From: Convolutriloba macropyga
Taxonomy: Eukaryota
Assembly: GCF_964194025.1 (NCBI RefSeq)
Contig: NC_134470.1
Coordinates: forward strand, 65,038,001-65,102,000
Direction of reading: 5' to 3'
Length of the DNA: 64,000 nt
Shown here: in pieces, positions 36,707 through 50,409 of the stretch
Numbering within the stretch: position 1 is the first letter of the stretch
Layout of the letters: each line of letters opens with the position of its first letter
Translations under genes and position numbers: made by a program
Notes under the pieces: model-generated
Told to the model about the DNA's origin: nothing
The model's input: the letters and a program-made list of their open reading frames with translations, nothing else
Databases searched by the model: none

Positions 36707-39513
36707 CTGAAAACAGCCCTATAATTTGTTAATTGTACCTGCCAAACAGCTATAGCTTGTCTGCAGTTGAATATATAAAAATTGAAATGAAATAAATAAA
36801 AACTAAATTTTGAACTTTATATACTCTTTTCTTCGTTACTAAATTATGACACCTGAAATATAAGTCATCTTAAAACTGTTACTAATATGTTTAAAAATTT
36901 GATCACAAATATACAAACTACTTGGTTCAATTACTAGGAGGTTTTTCAAAAAGACAACAGAAAAAACAGGTTATGGTGATATTTTACTGCTTTCAAAATT
37001 CACAACTTGAATCAAGAAGGAGGAAAATAAGACGACTCGTGCGAGACTAAGCGTAGCACAAAATGCTGCAACATATATCTCAAGTTTGCCCAAATTTTTT
37101 TTGTTATGAAAGGAAAAGCTCTTTTGACAAAAAGTTTTGCACTGCTCAAATTGGAGCTCAAATTTTTTGGAGCAACGTTGGTAACAACTTTCTTTATTAT
37201 TTCGAACAGCGAGATGTCAGAAATGCAAACTTATATACAAAAAAAAACACTTCATTAGCTTTGATCGTAATTTTCATGTCTAGTACCGCTATCAGTAAAT
37301 CTTCGGTTTTTGGTTTTTTTCTTGTTTTTTGCTTAAAGCGGTTCACTATCATAATATTAATTCAGAGAGATTCTTGGGTACCTTGATAGAGTCAAATTTG
37401 GTTTTTTAATAAGTTTTTGCATATTTGCAAACAAAGCAAAAAAAAAACTGTTTGAACTTTTCTTTATCAAAAATGGCAAAAAGTTAAGCTTTTTACAATA
37501 TTAAAACTAGTACTGCTAACAAATTTTTTCCCCGCTCACTTGAGAATTTTACCATCTTAAAAATATTTAAAAAGTCTCGAGCTGAGTTTGGAAATTTATT
37601 CGAAATGAAAACTTTTATAATGTGTACACGAGTTATCAGTGCGATCAATTGAAATTGGCAAGATAACTAAATAAAAGGGTATTTATTTTCAAAGACGTCT
37701 CCGTACTACTTTACGAAAGCGAGACTCCCAATGAACACTTTTCACTGAAATTTTGTAATTTAATTTTTCCAAACAAAAAAGGAAGAGGGAAAATGTTAAG
37801 GGTTCAGATAGCTTGCATAAAAAAATACCTTCGTTTTGATTTTAATGGGTATAGCTACAATTATCGTGGGTCTATATAACCACATTGTGAAATATTCAGA
37901 GAAAAAATTTTGCCCCCAGACAAAAAGATCTTAGAGACTCATGAAAGAAGACATTTTTTAAGGAACTTATTGAAAAAATAAAAAGTAAATTTTAGTGGTC
38001 TTACTAATTCGTCAATTTGCCTACTCAGTTCCATAAGGGCTGACTATACAAATCTCACAAACCTCAAAATTGAGCGAAAACGATGTTAATTTTAACTACC
38101 AAAACATATTCGGCAGAAATTCTTGAACGTCTCAAAACCTTGTTGGACATTACTTGGAACGACAAAATTTTACGTTGTAAACTCCAAAATGTCTCTTCAT
38201 TACCCCCACTTTCTACACTAACCACACTTCTTCCATCGTTTTGTGTCATTTTTTTGTAGTAAAGGTTTAAAAAGTTCTCATATTAACCTCAAAGATCTAC
38301 AACAGTTTATATCAGTTAAATTTAATCCCAAGTTGAAGAAATGTTGCTATTTTTGAAGTAAGTTTTTTTTGTAACAAAACTTATACTGTCAATGATTACA
38401 AATTTTAAAAAGATAACATTAATATGGTTGCTATTAGGTCAAATGACCCCGTTTTCAAACGTCTCACTCACTAGAGGGGAATATTTCAAAGATAAATTCT
38501 TAAAATTTTACTAATTTACAATCGCGATCGCCACTCTGTACACTTAATTGACCATTATGTGCTCCCCAGCATTTGTCACCAATCTTACATTTTAGGGACA
38601 TTTTTGAGAGTAATTTGGATATCGGTTCGAAAAATTGTAAAATTGTTATTGAATGTCAGATCTTAGCATAACCTACTTACATTACAGTCCGTTGCTATGT
38701 ATATATTGGCACATTTAGTGATGTTGTACTCTACTTACCAAAATGGCTTTTAATTATCTTTTAAATGCCTTAATCCCGATATCGTTCGTTTTTTCCTTTC
38801 ATATCACATACGAGCAACTTTCTCATATCCCTTATATGGTAGCAAATGCACAAAGATAAAAGCGTAACGGAAATCTGTTTTTGAAACGAAGTCCATTTTG
38901 AAACCCATTAGGATTATAAAACAACATTTGCTTACAAAATTGCTTATAAGTCTACACAGCAACGGACAGTAATGTATTTGGACTCTGTAATCGACAAGAC
39001 GACAAAAGACATATTGAATGGACGTCACAGAGTTTTATTTCAACTGGATGACAATTGCATTCAGTCTTCTCAATGTTAATTCTGGCTCTACATCAGTTTT
39101 TTTTACTATTTTATCCATAATGTAGTGACAAGCATCCGTAATGACTAGAACTGACGAGAATTATGCAAGGAAAAACTATGAAAACAATTGAGAACCAATG
39201 TCCATAGCCATACCTTTCACTCGCTGTGTGATGTTAACCGGAAACAACGGGCCGGTTATCATGGCAAGGCCAGTTATCCCTAACTGTCAACTACGACTAA
39301 ATTACCTGCAAAAATTGAGGTTTTGCATGCATGATATTAAGCGTCCATTTGGTAAAGATTTTAGGTGACATCCATTTGAAACGTCATTCTGTCGAAACGC
39401 CTTCTGCTTTCTCAATAGTCTTGAATTGATCATTGTGGTCCCAATCAATTGATGCGCAGTATCAACAATGTTAACTGCTAGAAATAGCACATAGAACTAA
39501 AAAGAAAGAAACA

Positions 39514-39739
39514 CCCCGAGGCTAAGTGTCCAGTGGTAAAAACCGCTAAACCATTCTTAGAAAAATTTCAGTGAATTATGGTAAATTGGGGCGAATGCGG
39601 TCAATACCGTGAAAAGTATTTTTTCATCACTAAATTTACCAAATTCAACGCAAATATATGTAAAAATTTTTTGCGGAGAAATGATTTCTTGTATTATTGC
39701 AATTCTTACATTATTCCTCGCTATAATTTCGACTCAAGG
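39514..39739. mobile_element. Degenerate short copy of family B
   Basis: Starts CCCCGAGGCTAAGTGTC, ends TTCGACTCAAGG, with GAATGCGGT-type motifs inside. Confidence 0.5.
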
Positions 39740-39787
39740 TTATCAACTTAATGAGATGATCAAATTCAATGAGTGTAATTATCTAAC

Positions 39788-40079
39788 GTATAGCTGCAGC
39801 CCAGGCAGGATCCGTTATAGCGAGGAATTCACTGTATTGTTTTTCCAGCAGAGGGTACTTCATCTCCATCAGAGTTGTGTTCACACGCGCAACCTGACGC
39901 ACCTGTTCGTACAACTCGTTCAGGGTAAATTGAGTGAATTGCACATTCAGAAGTCCAGTATTACCCAAGGCCTCAAAGTATTCCACAAATTTGTAGAAGT
40001 TGCTGTTCAGGTTGCATGCAACAACGTTTGGAAACTCCATTTCGGATTTGCGATCATAGGAGAACTCCACAATTACAGG
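39788..40079 (-). CDS. DEG/ENaC channel, coding exon 2 (post-TM1)
   Basis: CTCTTTTCAG acceptor in phase 0. MEFPNVVACNLN is a variant of the FPAVTxCNxN family motif. Donor C/GTTAGA, phase 1. Confidence 0.88.
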
Positions 40080-43000
40080 CTGAAAAGAGGTCACGTGACA
40101 TTATAATTGTCAGTCCACATGATGGTTAGTTTTTGCTGGAAAAGAAGTTGAGCAACGCCTATATTATAGCCAAATGATGGCATTTTTGTCGTCGTTCTAT
40201 TCTCCAGTTCGAAGACAAGTTATAAATCGTTTCTGGAATAGCACTAGGGTAATTAAAAAGTTGAAAGAAAAAAGCTGAGCTCGTTGAGTATCCTCACCGT
40301 TTCTTCTATCTCGATATTTCCAACCAAATTGCGTACAATTTTTTCGTTCCACAAATATCTAATGATATGATTCCGATTATTTCCAAATATCTTTGATAGG
40401 GACCAATTTTCGGCTCAATACCATGATATTTTTAAAAAACTTTTTGAGGCAAACAATAGGGTTCATTTTTTCTTGAGTATTTTAATTCGTTCTTGAGTAT
40501 TTTAAAACGGAATTGTTCCAAAAAAATATTCGGAGCTTCAAGTTTTTGTTTTTAGATGCTGAATGAGAATCTTGGCCAGGTTCTTGAGTACTATTTTAGC
40601 AAACATGAATATTAAGTAAGAGCTCTCAATATCTGGTATTTTGAGCATTGAGGCACCCTAATCAACAGTCCACACCTCCACAGCCATTCTTTCATATACA
40701 AAACACAAGTAATTATTCCAGTAGAAAGAATACCAAGATCATACTCAAATAATAAAACAGCACTGAATCACAGTTTTTCTGGCTCTGATCATGTCATTTT
40801 TGCCATGCGAAGAGAAAAACGCAGTTCGAAAACATGGAACTACTAAAACTATCATGATAAGTGCAAAAACAGCCTGTGAAATTTTCTCTGCCAGCAACCG
40901 TCTGAAATCAGTCTGAAACTATTGGTGGCGTCAAAGCTTCTTGAATGGCTTCAGAGACTTTGGGAACCAGAAAGAAAAAATAAGCGGATATGGCATCTAA
41001 CTTATTGGGCTATTACATAAAAATAAACAATGCTTAGAAATACTTGAAAACAGAAAATATCATGGCAATCTGAAGTAGAAAATAACCATCTTCGATACAG
41101 AATAAAGCACAAAATATTATCAATTAATTGATTTTCTCTCGAGATTCGTTAATTCGAACTAGTTCTTAAAAAAAGTCTTTGATAATTAACTGTTTAAGTG
41201 TTGTTTTTTTTCTAAATTTTGTCCAATAATCGCTTAAAAGGCGCTATTTTTAACTTCATGTGTGCACAATCAAGTCATCACTAACAAAAACTTACTTACC
41301 AACTCACCAAAAAAACACTAAAAAAATACTTCTGAAAGTTTTTAAAAGCTTCATGATTTTCATTAACACAGAAAAGAACTCAAAAAACTCTTCGAAAACT
41401 GGAAAATTGAGGTAGAATACTATTAAACAAGAGTGGTAAGTTGTTTTACTACTGAAATAACATGAAATAACACAAATCAACTTTTCTCGAAAACTGTATT
41501 TTTTTGGTTTTTTATTCTAAATTTTGTTTTCAAGCAGTGTACCACAAAAGAAATACACTCATTAGGCTTTTCTTTGCCAAAATCTGTACTTCCTGATAGC
41601 CTTGAACATCTTTAGTAAGGCAAGCAGTGTTGCCAACAAGTTTTTTCGTGGTCAATCTAAGGTTGGTTTCCGAGTACAAACTTTACTCTAGTAGGTAATT
41701 AAAAACAGTATCCAAATTTCGTAAAACAATCTATGGAAAATACCACACGAAAAAAACATGGAGGCTCGGTTTCGTCAGTTCGCAGATATTGTTTCGTCTC
41801 CGATCATATTTTCAACTTATTTGACTACCAAATGAAGAGTTTAAATAAAACTTTCAATAATACAAATATTCTTCAAAAGTAATTGTTTAATAAATATTTT
41901 CTCTCAAGTGCACACAGCTGAATAAACTAAATGCTATCGGTTTGGACAGCCAACGATACCTGGTATTAATAAAATTGCAAAACGAAAAATGCAACAAAAA
42001 CAACAGAACAACAATTCCCGTCTAAATCAAAATCTGTTTCTTTGAAAATTACAATAACAAAGTGAAAATACATCAGTTAAAACGAAAACTAAAAAAAATC
42101 AACGTGTATTTCTCTTTCTTTATTGATACTGTGTAACATGTCAATTAGAATGAAAACAAAGAGAGGCAAACTCAAAAGCTTTTTCTTCTTTTAAAAGTCA
42201 CAAACAAAGTAAATGTAAATCATATAACACTTAGTTTAAAAAACTCAACTTGTTCTTCACTTCAAGGCAGATGTGACTTTTCCTTAATAATACTCTGCAA
42301 CAAGTCAAGAAGAACCAGAAAAAAGAGGCAAATTCAACCAAGACCTGTCAACTACAAAGACTAGAGTCTTATGTAAGTCTATCAGAACCGATGGGAGCTT
42401 TCGTTAGCAGCGAGAAAATGAATGAAGTATTTGCCACTTCGGAGAACCAATGATATTTCTCATTACTGAGAAAAGGACGCAAGATGAGCAACAAAATCAA
42501 TAAGCAAAAATAACTGTTAAATACGGCCAAATATCAAAATCTGATTTTTTACAAACTCTTAATAAAGAAGTCGAAACGGCAACAGAAAAGACCGGACATT
42601 TTTTTTATAATCTATCAAGTAAATTATCAGTTTTTTGGCATCAGGACAAAAACTTATATGTCTCTTGAAAACATGCGGCCTGTTTTTACTGAGACTAGAG
42701 AACAAATAGACAGAAAATGAAACAAGAGCACAATTTGGAAAAAAACGTTTGAATCTTTCAAAACAGTTTCAAAGAGAACTAAAAACCCACTAGTTCTCAA
42801 CTGAAAATATTAGATATGTTTTTTATACGTCCATGCCGGAGCAGATGAGGTCTCTAATTATTCAGTTTTCGCCTCAAGTCTACAATTGAAACTGAGAGAC
42901 ATCAAAAATCAAGTATTCAATTAAAGCTTGCGAGAAAACTTGTCGAAATCAAAGAAACATAAAACAATGTATTCATTGAAATCAGTAAATAAGATTAACT

Positions 43001-45029
43001 GCTCTTATCACAAGAGCAAATGGAAACCATCGATGATAATATTCTAAGACATCAATCACAAAAACGTCAAATAATTTTTTATGGAAATATTGCTAATTAG
43101 TCGAATCACAGAAGGTTTACAAAAACTCAATTAAAATGAGCCACATTACCGCTAAAAAACAAAACCTAGTAATAAGAAAAACTTTTGTCTCTGAATAGAT
43201 GACCTAAATTGTGTTTACATTAGAGAGCATGCTGCAAATTTTAAGAAAAGAGATTAAAAAACTACCGAAATTCAAAACTTTAAAGTACCAAAATTCCCAC
43301 TAAAATAAATAAGAAAAAAACTTTAATTTCCTGGGAGACCAATTGCAGGTCAAATTCGTGGAGAGAAAGTATTAAAACAACGAAATAACAACGCGTACAT
43401 AGAACTTGAATTCTACAAACAATATTACAAAACCACATTTTTGAAGCTTTTAAAAAAATAAGCCATCATTTGAACGAAATATTACTGTGTAGTTGCTGAG
43501 TCCTTGCTTCAAGTGGATCAAAACAAAAAAATTATAAAAAAGTTTACCACAAGCAAAGACAAAATTCCTCCGGTGCAACGAAAACTCATTGAAAATTATT
43601 GTTTGCTGCGCCAAATTTGGATGGGAGATATCATGATTAAGACTAAGATACAAGTTGTCAAGGAGAAAAACGGAAGGAAGCGGATTCCAAAGAAGTCGGC
43701 CAAACTTTTTAAAACAACGATGAAAAAGTCAAAAACAACGTTAGTAATCAACTGCATTCATGGAATACAATTGTTTTTGGAAGCCGCTGAGAACTGCCCT
43801 GATCCGGAATGTGTGACAGAACTGCGATTAAAGACAAATAGGGGCAAAACAAAAAATCCAAGACGTTTTGCAGGAAAACATTTTTGAAGCCGATAAAATT
43901 TTACACTATTCAAAGAACCAGTTAATTGTACACGTGCTTTCTCTCTCAGACGTCATGGGACCAGTTACTAAAATAATATTGGGACAATGTAACAGCGACA
44001 ACTTCCAAAAAAGCAAATGCCCAACAGTTGACAAAAAATTTATTTGGATCCCGTGGTATGGAAGAACTGAAGCCGTTAATCAGAAAGAATATCCTCTAGA
44101 AAGACTCTACTTTCACTAAAAAAACAATTGTGGTTTTTATTACTGAGACTGAACAACAGGTTCACAGATATTCAAAAAGAGTTGCAAAATTCAAAAATAA
44201 ACTCAAATTTTATTGAAACAATTAGATTCAAATACACAAGGGTCATTGGTTGTCAAATGAAAACATCATATAGGTTCAGGTATACAATTTATGGAAGCCA
44301 GTAGGATCTTTGTTTATCGAAACTCAGGTATGCGACTGCATAAAGGACAACAAATTAAGGCAAAACACTTACTGTTTTAATTTGAGAAAACAGATTGTTG
44401 AAAGCATAGAATCCACGAAGTTTTCTCGGAAGAAAAAATGTGTGATCATGGGATCTTATTTTATAAAAACCGACAATGCATAGAAATTGGAATTTTATTG
44501 AAAACGTTTCTGGCTAGTAAAACAAATAAAAAAGCAATAAATTTGCAAAAATAATTTTTAAAAAAGATAGCCTCGATGGAATCATAAAAACTTTGATTGT
44601 CAGGAACCACGATGCAACCAAAACTAGTGTGAATAATTCCAGGCATTGAATTTTGACGTCGAATCATTCCATTGGTAACTAAAACAGATCATTTGGCAAC
44701 TAAGTGTCAATAAATCAAACAAAATTGAAAGGTTCATGCTGCCTAATAATTATTTAAAGTTAGCAAAAACCAGAAAAAAATTTTATACGGAACACTCTTA
44801 AAAAGAATGATTTTTTGAGTTTATCGAAACGTCTGTCTGCAGTTTGAGGTTTTTACTTCCGGTAAATTCAAAAAAGCGTGGGCCGAATAAACCTTTGGGC
44901 CATCTTTGATGAAAAAGGGCTAATTTTGAAGAGAATCGTCAATTTCTAAGCTAAAATTGTCGGATCAAAAGAGTCATCAATCCTCGTCTTGGTCTTTAGA
45001 TAGAACAATAATCTTTAATGTTACCAAAA

Positions 45030-45306
45030 CAAATAAATTTTAGCAAAATGAACAAAAATTCAGCAAAAATTTTCTAAAATGTGAAAAAAACATCTGATAT
45101 TTTGCTAATGTTCACAAATCTTTGAACCTAGATAACTTCCTAGAAAAAACAAAAATCAAAAAATCTTCCATTTTCTATGCTGTAACGGCATTCTAATGAT
45201 ACCAATTAAAACTCTCTACAGTGAATATATAGATCGGCTAAATGTGACTGAACAAAAAAACGCTTTTGAGTATATAGTTCCTCTCCCACTGAAGTGGGTC
45301 GGAAGA
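45030..45306 (-). repeat. Terminal segment of family D, inverted relative to 45849-46130
   Basis: TGAACAAAAAAA..TTTGAGTATATAGTTCCTC..AAGTGGGTCGGAA is the reverse complement of 45851-45906, and similarity extends ~280 bp. Confidence 0.7.
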
Positions 45307-45848
45307 ATGATAGCGGAAAAAATTGGCAGTGTTAATTTAAATATTCCTTGACTGGGTATTACAACTCCGTTGTTCACCTACTGGTTAAGAACAATGTTTT
45401 TCCTCCTTTCCTAATTTTCCCAAAAATTAAATTACTCTTGTGATAAGTTAGTGTCCTTATTTCAGCTTATTTAAAAGTACCTACTATTAGAATTTAATTT
45501 TCTCACAAAGCCGGTACTCTAGCGCGCAAATTTGAACGCACGTTGTCCCATCGATTTCTTCAACATTGTCAAACCATAACACTGTGAAGTCTTCATTTAC
45601 ATTTTGTTTTGTCTGATGACTGACCCCACAATTTTTTGTTCGAAAGTTGAATCTCGAGTTTACACGATTTTACATGGCTTAACAACTATCCGATTTTTTA
45701 GAAATCGGATAGAGGTTAGGTTTGTGTTGTTTGTAAAAATTCGGTTCAAAAAACCGTCGTCAGTCGATGAGTAACTTGATGAACGCGAGACCAATTCTTC
45801 AATATATGTATCAAACATTTATTACAAACGGTTTTTTCTACAAATAAT

Positions 45849-48800
45849 TGTTCCGACCCACTTGTGGGGGAGGAACTACATACTCAAATAAGGTTTTTTT
45901 TGTTCAGTCAATTTTGGCCGATCGATTTATTCATCGTAGAGAAATGTGAGTGGTATCCTTAAAAACCTGTTCCAGCGTAGAATTCAAAATAAAAAAAGAT
46001 TTTTTATTTGACTTTCGTCTTTTTTTCGAGGAGTTATCGAGGATTGAAGTTTTGTGTGAACACGGGATATCTGGCATGATTTTGTTCACTTTTAGTTTAA
46101 TTTTTCTTCAAATTAGGATATTTTCTATAAAACTAGTATTTCAAATTTACATTTCATGCCACAAAATGAACGAATTGTGTGTTCCAAATAGACTGAAGGC
46201 GTTAAAACGACTAGTTCTGGTCTCATAGTGAAGTTCACTATCAAAAAATCGAATTCTGTTTTAGAGCTCTTTTTTTAGAAAACTTTTCATTTTTTTAATT
46301 CACCTAGAGACTAGTCACTTTTCATATTGAGGTTCCGTTAACGACAAATCTCATTTACAGTCAATTGAAGCCCAATGGACAAAAAAAATCGTTTTTAAGG
46401 AACTGTTGATGTTTTTTTGACTTCGACACTGAATTTTCGTAACTTTAAGCAAAAATTTGATTTTCTTTTTAAGAATTTACTAATTATTTGGAGTCCTACG
46501 GCATGAACTCATTGACTAAAAGTTAAATATGTTCAAAATATGTTCAAAAGTTTTCAGAGAAAAGCTTATGGTTTAAAGGGCTTCGATACTTTCTTCTCGC
46601 ACTTTTCCACTGAATTTTTGGTTTTTGCCTGTTTTTGTTGTTATTTTCATATTCATAAAACTTATTGTGATGTCTTATTGACTACCTATGAATGACAAAC
46701 ATCATTTTCCTCACATTAGGTTACATGTGAATGTGTTTATTGACTTCCATTGATAACTAGTGATTCTAATGGCTGTTAAGACTTTGAAAAAAATTTTCAA
46801 AATTTTCTTGAACATTAACCAATCTTAAACTTTTCGTGAACTGTTAGTCAGTCTCAGTGGTGACAGGACCCCTATTGTTTCGTCGATTTGTTTCTACTGC
46901 AACCAAAATGAATCTGGTTAGCGGTTTTAACTTCTAAATACTGGTTCTACGACTTCAATGACAAATTTCAATTTTTCTTTAGGTTTTTGGATATTTTCGT
47001 ATTATTGGTTACTTTTGACCTCTTACCACATTATCCAAATTTTAATGGCTCCGAATTGCTGTAAAAAAGTTCAGTGGATCACAGATGAAGTTTTCAGACA
47101 AAAGTTTATGTTTTACGTGGCTCCAGCACTTTCTTCTCGCATTTTAATACTGAATTTTTGGTTTTTGCCTGATTTTGTTGTTGTTTTCATAGTCATAAGT
47201 CTTTTTGAGATGCTTTATTGCTTAACTATGCATGACAAATATTTTTTTCCTTCCTCCCATCGGGTCATATCGGAGTGTATTTATTGACTTCCGTTGAAAG
47301 CTAATGAATTTAATGTCTGTTAAGTCCTTAAAAATAGTTCTTCATTTTTTTAAAAAACATTAACGCATCTTAATTCTATTTCGTGAATGTTAGTCAGTCT
47401 CAGTATTGAGGGGATCCCGTCTTTTCTACTGCATACAAATTAATCTGGTTTCCGGTTTTATCTTTTACCTGATAGTTTTGAGACTTCAATTTTCACATTT
47501 TTATAATTTTGTGATTATTTTTCTTATTTTTGGTTCCTTTTGATATTTTTTCAGATTATTCTAATACTGATAGTTACCATTGATTTAAAGAAAACTTTCA
47601 ATTGATCATAGATAAAATTTTCAGAGTAGAGCTTATGATTTAAATTGCTTCGACACTCTCTTCAGGCACTTTTCTACTCAATTTTTCGTTTTTGCCTATA
47701 TTTGTTGTTTTTTTCATAGTCAATGACGTGTTATAATTGTTTATTAATGAAATATGAATGGCAAACAACCTTGTCCTCCTATCAAGTTGAAAGCTATTGA
47801 TTTTTATGGCGTTGATACTACGAGTTTTCTCAAAAATTTCGTGGTTCTCTTGTGTTTTTTCAAAATGGATTATTTTTGGAGGTTATACTGATAAAAAAGA
47901 AGAAACCCATTGCTGTTTTAAAAAATTATGTGAAACTACAAAAATCTATATTACAAAGTTCACTTTTTAGTGCCTTCGACACCTTTCTCGCTCAATTTTT
48001 TTCTTGAATTGGCTGTTTTTCCTTTTTTTTTTTGTTTTTTAGGTAGCCGTAAATTGCTGACCGGTCGCATAAGGTTGTAATTGAAGAATGGTGTTACCCA
48101 AAGCACTCAATTTATAGCGAATAGTTTAAAAGTTTTCAATATAAAATTTCAATTTTTTTTTTCACACTTTTCATTTGTTGCTTTTCTTTTCGACATTTTG
48201 TAACTTATTTTCATCATTTAGAGGTCCCGTCCAATTTCTTGTATTTCAAAAAAAACATATCTACGTATTTGTTTTGTCACTAACGTTTTGTTTGTTGGAC
48301 AATATGCCTTTTTATAAACGTTTTTTGAGTGGTCACTCTTGTGTTTCTTTTTCTCTTCTTTCAACACAATCGCGTAATAGCAGATCCCAATGGTTTTCAA
48401 ATGTGGCCCAGGTAAACTTAGTTAATATCTCGGTGTAAATCCTTTAGCTGAAGTAGTAGGAATAACAATTGCATTAAAAGTACATCGTATTCAGATAATA
48501 GCTAATGATTTCATTTGTATCAATAATTTGTGTTTCCGCAAATCGCTTATAATTTTTTGAGCTTTTGTGCATCTTTAGTCCGTTTCTATGGCTTAGTCTA
48601 ACCAAAGACAAGTCTTTTTGGTTTTGTAATAACTTTTAGTAATTTGTCAAGGTTTATTTAGTTAAAAGCTAATGCCTCTTAAGACTTTTGAATTTTCTTG
48701 GTTTAAAAAATATTTAATAATTTTTGAATTTTGCCTCATTATTCGTTCTCTTTGTCGACTTGTTACCTAGTCTCAGTAAGAAAAATTTCCATCTGCTGTA

Positions 48801-49102
48801 TAGTTAAGAAAAAGTAATTATGTGTAGTTCAGGTTTTATCTGACTGCATTTTGACGTTGTTACTAGGTGCTTTTATATTTTGATATTTAGTTTTTGCCGT
48901 TAAACTTTTATTGCTAATTTTGTTGTTTGTTATTTTTTTCTCGTAGTCTCTTTAAAAGCAGATCTCGTTGGCCCTGTAATGAGGCATGGCATTATGTAAT
49001 TCATTTAGTGGTTAGATTGTGTAGCGATTGTTTAATTTTTTTGTTATATCGTCATTTGGTTGACAATTAAGTAAAGAATGTTGATAAGCTCGGGTCGGAA
49101 CA
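45849..49102. mobile_element. Putative 3.25-kb non-coding TIR element (family D) with ~530-bp internal subrepeats
   Basis: 11-bp inverted termini TGTTCCGACCC / GGGTCGGAACA; diverged subrepeats start at ~46548, ~47088 and ~47615. No clear TSD. Confidence 0.5.
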
Positions 49103-49163
49103 TCATGTGCGAAAGCACATTTACGAGCCTCCTTGTTTATTCTCGTTTTAATGGTGGCCCTAC

Positions 49164-49343
49164 CTTGACAAACATTATTTCGTAGAGGAGTCGTGACTGG
49201 AAGTAGAGACAGAACAAGACGAATGAGCAGAACAGAAGTTTCCAGATGTTGCGCTGGTTGTTGTTCCTGGTAGGGGTCACTAAGAAAGCAGCCCCTAACC
49301 CATGCATAGCAGATTCACGAGCCCACTCAACGAAAACCTCCAT
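49164..49343 (-). CDS. DEG/ENaC channel, coding exon 1 (HG motif, TM1)
   Basis: MEVFVEWARESAMHGL contains the conserved pre-TM1 HG motif; RNIWKLLFCSFVLFCLYFQ is TM1; donor AAG/GTAGGG in phase 0. The seven exons total 1563 nt = 520 aa + stop. Confidence 0.9.
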
Positions 49344-50409
49344 TCTCTGTTTTACAAAGTTAGCTTTAAAACAAAACTTTATCGAGATTGTTTGACAAAC
49401 TCTAGACTGGACATCACAATTTTCACAAGTAATTTTGCATTGAACAAACAATCTAATTGGCCCGCTTCCTAAAAATCAAGCTAGTTCTTTTTTTAATTCG
49501 AAAAAGTGAACAAGTTTAAATAATTAGTGAAGGATTGAATAATTGAAGACCCTAAAATTGTCTCCTGAAGAAAATTACACCTGCCTCCAAATTTGAAAGA
49601 CATATTCAAGCTAGGGTCGCTATAATAAAAGAAGCGCCATTTGTTAGGGAAAAAAATGTCAAAACTCGAAATAGAAAACTTGAGCGCCCCGCATAATCAT
49701 GTCACAAAGAGGAACATAGTCTTCCTTTTGTTCACAAATGGCGACTTTATGACGTCATATAATCTGAGTGGCACTGGTGTCTGTCAAAACTTGCCTGCTC
49801 AAAGGTTCTTAAATGATTTTCGAAAGGTCTTTTTTCCAAAAATGTCTTTTTTTCGATCTTTGTTTCAACGGGATAGTCAAAAATTAGTTCCTGAGGTCGA
49901 GGAATCATTAGGACGCAAGGTAAAAAACTGCATGTAATTGCGCAGGTGAAAGCGTTTTTCACCAAAGTGAATGCACGCAAATATGGGAGATCGATACATG
50001 CAAAGAGGTACAGGGAAATTGCTTGATAATAAATAGAATACACCGCATCCATCGCAACTGATATTTTTCAAAGAAAAAAGCTTGAATTCAATTTCAATAG
50101 CAAGCATTGGTATAGTTTAAAAAAACTCGCGAAGAATTTATTGTACTCTGTTATGGCTCCTGGTCGTTGACAACAGTGACAATACTTGGTCACATCTGTC
50201 CACTTACCGTTGTGCGCGACCAAAAAATTGATGCGTTAATCGTGGACAGCAGCAACGAGCATGCAATTCGTCACACGTAATCATGGATAGAAGTAACCAG
50301 CAGGTAATTTTTTGCATGTATTTAGCCTGCAACTTTCTGCTCCAAATTTCATAACAATTGCATCACATTCAATTAAGTCAGACATAACTAATCTGTGAAT
50401 CGTTAGAAC

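Noticed and set aside
39609-40106. 165-aa plus-strand ORF
   Set aside because: Antisense shadow of channel exon 2.
42830-44120. Possible LINE/Penelope remnants (GADEVSN, FIWIPWYG) and short ORFs
   Set aside because: Too decayed to support by eye; needs a translated search against RT profiles.
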